Translations under genes and position numbers: made by a program
The notes under the pieces: generated by a model
The model's input: the letters and a program-made list of their open reading frames with translations, nothing else
Databases searched by the model: none
What the model was told of the DNA's origin: nothing
Shown here: piece by piece, positions 53,459 through 57,193 of the stretch
Layout of the letters: every line of letters begins with the position of its first letter
Numbering within the stretch: the stretch's first letter is position 1
IMG/VR virus record: IMGVR_UViG_3300035670_000250
Span: 1 to 57,193 of that record
DNA length: 57,193 bases
Strand: one strand, 5' to 3'
Origin: a virus
Lineage: Duplodnaviria > Caudoviricetes

Positions 53459-56110
53459 TTGGCAATAGATCCACAAGACAAGAACCTAGACGATCTGACA
53501 AAAAACTCAGAAAGTGCCTCCAAAAGCGCCAAAAATGCATCTAATGCTGCAAACAGAGCAGCCAAAAGTGCGAAAGAAGCGGCTGAAAGTAGTAAACAGT
53601 CAGCAAGTTTTACCGAAGAATCATCCAAAACCGTTGTAAATTTGGTTTCTGAAAATTCTTCTGCTATCAGAAATCTGATAACCACTGTCAGAGAAGAAAA
53701 TCAAAGAATTGAAACTCAAGAAACCGAGACTAACACAAATCAAGAAACTCCCGAATCCGAAACCCCCGAAGCAGAAACTCAACCTGTTGTTGATGCTATA
53801 TCCACTTTACTTCCCAATTTAAATTCGTATATTAATGCTCAAAGTGGAGTTTTAGATGCAATGGAAAATGACTTAAATTACCAAAAAGAATCATTAGTTC
53901 TTTTTGGTGGAATGGATAAAGTCAATAAAAAACTACTAGATGTTGAAATTGAGGCGAACAAGAGTCAAAAAATAGCTTTGCTAAAACAGGAGCAAATACT
54001 TTTAGATCAATTGGCAGAATTTGAAAAAATGAGAGAAGAATTGTCTCCCGAAGATCAATTGAAAGTCCAAAAACAACTTTCCGACGCGATAACAAATTTA
54101 TCTAAAAAGAAAGAAGAAGTCAAGAGTAGGGGAGAAGAATTAGAAACGGCTAGAAAAGAAAACAGACTATTCAAAAGATTGGAAAAGACTTTTGAAGATT
54201 TGTCTGAGAAAATTGCTAATGTCAGGGAAAAGACATCCTTAGTAAGTAAGATACTTTTGGGTGTATTTTTAGTCGGATTGGCAATTTACAGAGGACTCAT
54301 AAGCCCTCAAACTATAGGAAAAATACTTGGTTTCATACTTGAAATGCTTTGGGAAGGGATAAAAGTTCTCACTTCAATTGTCACCAAATTAATCTATATG
54401 GCAGTGGATGGTTTTTTCAGTTGGCTTGAAAGTACATTCATAGGATCATTGATCAAGGGATTTGGGGTTTTGGGTGGTGTGCTGAATATTTTTAAGATAT
54501 TCGGAAAACTATCTGGTCCTCTTGCTGCCTTGAGCACAGGAATTAATTATGCGTTTGGGATAATGGGAAAGATTATAGGATATGTTTTTAAGATACTATC
54601 ATTCCTCCCGACAATCGGGAATTTTTTCGCCCCGTTAGTCAATTTTTTCGGATTCATAGCAAAATTGGCACCACTAGCAAAAGCTATTCCCGTCGTAGGT
54701 CAAATTTTGACTATAGTTTTTGCTGTTGTAGATGCTATTCGTGGATTCGTTCGTGGGTTCAGTGGTCCCGATGGGAGTTTCATGAAAGGACTCCGTGGCG
54801 CGCTATCCATGATCATCTCTGGTCTTACTTTTGGGTTATTAGACTTTGATATAATAGATGGATTCCTAGCAGATTTCTTCGGTGCTATAGGGGACTTCTT
54901 TGTATTTCTATGGGACAACATATCAGCTTACTACAATTTCCTGTGGAATGTAATAAAGGCTCCTTTTGTTGCAATTGGAGAATTTTTCTCTGATTTTTGG
55001 AAAATAATATGGGATAGTGACAAGACTTTGACGGAGAAAATTGGTGCTATATTTGATGCATGGATGTCTGCTATTTCCAACATGTTTGCAAACATTTGGA
55101 AAGCTATTAAGAATTTTGGTTTTACTTTGATTGGAATATGGAAACCCATAACACTATTTTTTATGGATATTGTACCTATGATTTGGGATTATGTAAAAAC
55201 AATACCTGGGTTGTTGTTTGACGGGTTAAAATTTATGTTTATGGATTTTCCGATGATGATTTGGGATTATGTAAAAACAATACCTAGGTTGTTGTTTGAC
55301 GGGTTAAAATTTATGTTTATGGATTTTCCGATAATGATTTGGGATGGGATTAAAAGTATATTTAGTTCTATATTTTCAGCTGCTAAGGATATATTTGGAA
55401 CTGCTGTGTCTTGGATATCCGACACAATATTCTCTTTAGTAAAAAGTGTTGGCAATATCGGTAAGGCAATATGGAATTCTTTGATGGGATTGGTGAAGGG
55501 CGTACTGAAAGCAATATTAGACTATGTTCCGAATTGGGCAATACCACAAAGTGTTTATGATTTTGTCTATGGGGATGGTGGGGACTCCCCCGAATCAACT
55601 AGCACAGGATCCAAAAGTTCTTCTCCCACGGAAGTCATGGCAGAAGAAGTTTCTCAATTGTCTGATATTTTTTCTATAGAAATGACTAAAATAACAGAGG
55701 GATTTCTTTCGGCATTCGCAGCCGCTATGGCCACATTCACGAAACCGAAAGAAGAAGAGAAAAGTCTTTCCGAAAAGATGATGGACTATTTTGGTCCTAG
55801 ACAAATTGCTCCCACCATGAGTGTTCAAGAAACAATCGGTATAGTGGAGAAGGATCCTATGCATAGACTTTCTGACTTGATAGAATCTGGCAATGTGAAC
55901 CTTTCCCCCAATCAAATGGAACAACTTTACCTAGCTTTTAAAGAACAAAAAGAAATGGCAGAAGCAGAAAAACAACAAAGAATGGTCACTGCAATTACAA
56001 ACACCAACAATAATGTAGTGAACAACAATTACGCTGGTGAAACTGTCATCAGACCAACCAAAGCAGTAGATCCCTCTTCAAGTAGACTGCGAAGTAGACA
56101 TACCATATAA
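53459..56110 (+). CDS. Tape measure protein (gp29 analog; TTG start)
   Basis: Coiled-coil N-terminus, long amphipathic W/F-periodic helices, AIPVVGQILTIVFAVVDAIRGF motif, C-terminal NNNVVNNN; follows gp26/gp51. Confidence 0.8.
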   Translation: MAIDPQDKNLDDLTKNSESASKSAKNASNAANRAAKSAKEAAESSKQSASFTEESSKTVVNLVSENSSAIRNLITTVREENQRIETQETETNTNQETPESETPEAETQPVVDAISTLLPNLNSYINAQSGVLDAMENDLNYQKESLVLFGGMDKVNKKLLDVEIEANKSQKIALLKQEQILLDQLAEFEKMREELSPEDQLKVQKQLSDAITNLSKKKEEVKSRGEELETARKENRLFKRLEKTFEDLSEKIANVREKTSLVSKILLGVFLVGLAIYRGLISPQTIGKILGFILEMLWEGIKVLTSIVTKLIYMAVDGFFSWLESTFIGSLIKGFGVLGGVLNIFKIFGKLSGPLAALSTGINYAFGIMGKIIGYVFKILSFLPTIGNFFAPLVNFFGFIAKLAPLAKAIPVVGQILTIVFAVVDAIRGFVRGFSGPDGSFMKGLRGALSMIISGLTFGLLDFDIIDGFLADFFGAIGDFFVFLWDNISAYYNFLWNVIKAPFVAIGEFFSDFWKIIWDSDKTLTEKIGAIFDAWMSAISNMFANIWKAIKNFGFTLIGIWKPITLFFMDIVPMIWDYVKTIPGLLFDGLKFMFMDFPMMIWDYVKTIPRLLFDGLKFMFMDFPIMIWDGIKSIFSSIFSAAKDIFGTAVSWISDTIFSLVKSVGNIGKAIWNSLMGLVKGVLKAILDYVPNWAIPQSVYDFVYGDGGDSPESTSTGSKSSSPTEVMAEEVSQLSDIFSIEMTKITEGFLSAFAAAMATFTKPKEEEKSLSEKMMDYFGPRQIAPTMSVQETIGIVEKDPMHRLSDLIESGNVNLSPNQMEQLYLAFKEQKEMAEAEKQQRMVTAITNTNNNVVNNNYAGETVIRPTKAVDPSSSRLRSRHTI
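55178..55345. repeat. 78-bp tandem duplication in the tape measure gene
   Basis: atgatttgggat starts at 55178, 55256 and 55334; two mismatches between the full copies. Confidence 0.92.
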
Positions 56111-56135
56111 AAAACACCCCTCGCGAGAGGGGTGT
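56109..56135 (-). terminator. Intrinsic terminator between convergent tape measure and gp32 genes
   Basis: Stem acacccctc / gaggggtgt with a 4-nt loop; U-tract follows on the minus strand; may act in both directions. Confidence 0.85.
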
Positions 56136-56160
56136 CTTCCACACATTACAAATACTTCAA

Positions 56161-57042
56161 TCATTCGTCATCGACGAGTTTCTCAAAGTAACTCATGGCA
56201 TCATCATCTTCCGCAGAGTCAAAGGTCTCCTTCTTGGGCTTCGATGAGAATGCCTTCTCAAAAGAGGATTCACTCTCTTCAGCCACAGATGCCTTGCCAG
56301 CAGCAGACCCACTCAGAACTTGCTTCAACTTGGAAGAAAGATCCTCGTAACTCTTGAACTGACTTGGGTTTGTGAACTCACGCAGTGAATACTGCATTGC
56401 CCAAATCCTCTCAAGATCCTTGTCGTCACCCTCAAGGAATGCTTCGGGAGAATCAAACTCAGACTTGTCATAGTTGACATATCCCTGAACCGTGCGAATC
56501 TTCAACTTGAAGTTGGCACCCGCCCAAAAATCAAAGGGATTCATGGGTGACTCATCTTCAAACTGAGGCTTCATCTTCTCACTAATCTTGTCAAAGATCT
56601 TCTTTCCATACTTGTAGAGGAAGACCTTTCCTTCGTTCTGCTTGTTCGCAGGATCGGAGACGACATAGATGTTGGAGATGTAACTCAACTTGCGCTTACG
56701 CTGACGAGCGATTTCCTTGTCGGACTCCACACCACTGTTCCACAACTCGTTGTTTCCCTCACAAACTGGGCAAGGAAGACCCAAGGTGGTTGGGCAGTTC
56801 TCGATGAACCATCCACCCTTTCCTTGGAACCCGTGGCTGAACATGCGTGCCCACGGAAGATCCTCTCCTTCGGATGGGGGAAGGAAACGAATCACAGCAT
56901 ATCCGTTTCCACTCTTGTCTCGTTCTGGCGACCAAAAGCGATCGTCCTTGTAGGACTCTGATCCCTTGCTGATCTTATCGATCTCCTTTGAGAGAGCATC
57001 GATGTTTGCTTGCGACTTCTTCTTCAATTGACTAAAACTCAT
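56161..57042 (-). CDS. gp32: Single-stranded DNA-binding protein
   Basis: DDRFW...DKSGNGYAVIRFLP, HGFQ, IENCPTT....CPVCE, GKVFLYKYGKKIFDKI, NPFDFWAGANFKLKI, NYDKSEF, acidic tail. Confidence 0.98.
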   Translation of the reverse strand: MSFSQLKKKSQANIDALSKEIDKISKGSESYKDDRFWSPERDKSGNGYAVIRFLPPSEGEDLPWARMFSHGFQGKGGWFIENCPTTLGLPCPVCEGNNELWNSGVESDKEIARQRKRKLSYISNIYVVSDPANKQNEGKVFLYKYGKKIFDKISEKMKPQFEDESPMNPFDFWAGANFKLKIRTVQGYVNYDKSEFDSPEAFLEGDDKDLERIWAMQYSLREFTNPSQFKSYEDLSSKLKQVLSGSAAGKASVAEESESSFEKAFSSKPKKETFDSAEDDDAMSYFEKLVDDE

Positions 57043-57085
57043 AAGTATCTCCTTTGTGTACGACGTGTACGATGTATGAAACGTA

Positions 57086-57193
57086 TTATAGTATACTCCG
57101 TTCTTTCACCTTGTCAACCACGATCTTCCCGAATTTCTTTTTCCTGTCTTCGTTGAATGCCAAGAACTTCTCGTATTTAGCATAACGAACTCC
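57086..57193 (-). CDS. C-terminal end of probable helicase loader (gp59-like), partial
   Basis: ...GVRYAKYEKFLAFNEDRKKKFGKIVVDKVKERSIL*; KY..FL motif and position immediately upstream of gp32. Confidence 0.5.
   Translation of the reverse strand, partial: GVRYAKYEKFLAFNEDRKKKFGKIVVDKVKERSIL
57090..57117 (-). promoter_or_regulatory. Sigma70-type promoter for gp32
   Basis: Minus strand TTGACA-N16-TATACT (with an overlapping TATAAT). Confidence 0.65.

Noticed and set aside
1-57193. tRNA/rRNA genes, group I introns, homing endonucleases or alternative genetic code
   Set aside because: Intergenic gaps are short, core genes are uninterrupted under the standard code, and no HNH/GIY-YIG/LAGLIDADG ORF or cloverleaf was seen by eye.

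Overview
The window is the late (virion) gene module of a large T4-like myovirus with the cyanophage/freshwater 'exo-T-even' gene order. The minus strand carries gp48-gp53-hub-gp5, a fibre island, PAAR, a holin-like gene, gp25-gp6-gp7-gp8-VrlC, a second fibre island, a glycosyltransferase, gp13-gp14-gp15-gp16-gp17, two gp18 genes, gp19, gp20 and a gp67-like start. A divergent plus-strand operon encodes gp4-gp2-gp54-gp26-gp51-tape measure, followed by convergent gp32 and the end of gp59. T4 late promoter boxes (TATAAATA) precede many genes. Most unusual points: (1) a late-promoter GT2+TPR protein glycosyltransferase beside about seven collagen-like fibre genes rich in GFQ/GPT triplets, with G-x-T/S motifs across the outer virion proteins, suggesting a phage-encoded glycosylated fibre coat; (2) two full-length tandem sheath genes sharing an identical 47-bp start region; (3) a T TTT TTC slippery site that could fuse gp26 to gp51 upstream of the tape measure gene; (4) fibre genes built from shared modules; (5) a gp5 C-terminal extension with a Hint/intein-like remnant; (6) Cys-rich proteins next to two CxxC proteins. 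All calls come from motif and synteny recognition by eye; no database searches were run and the host is not determinable.
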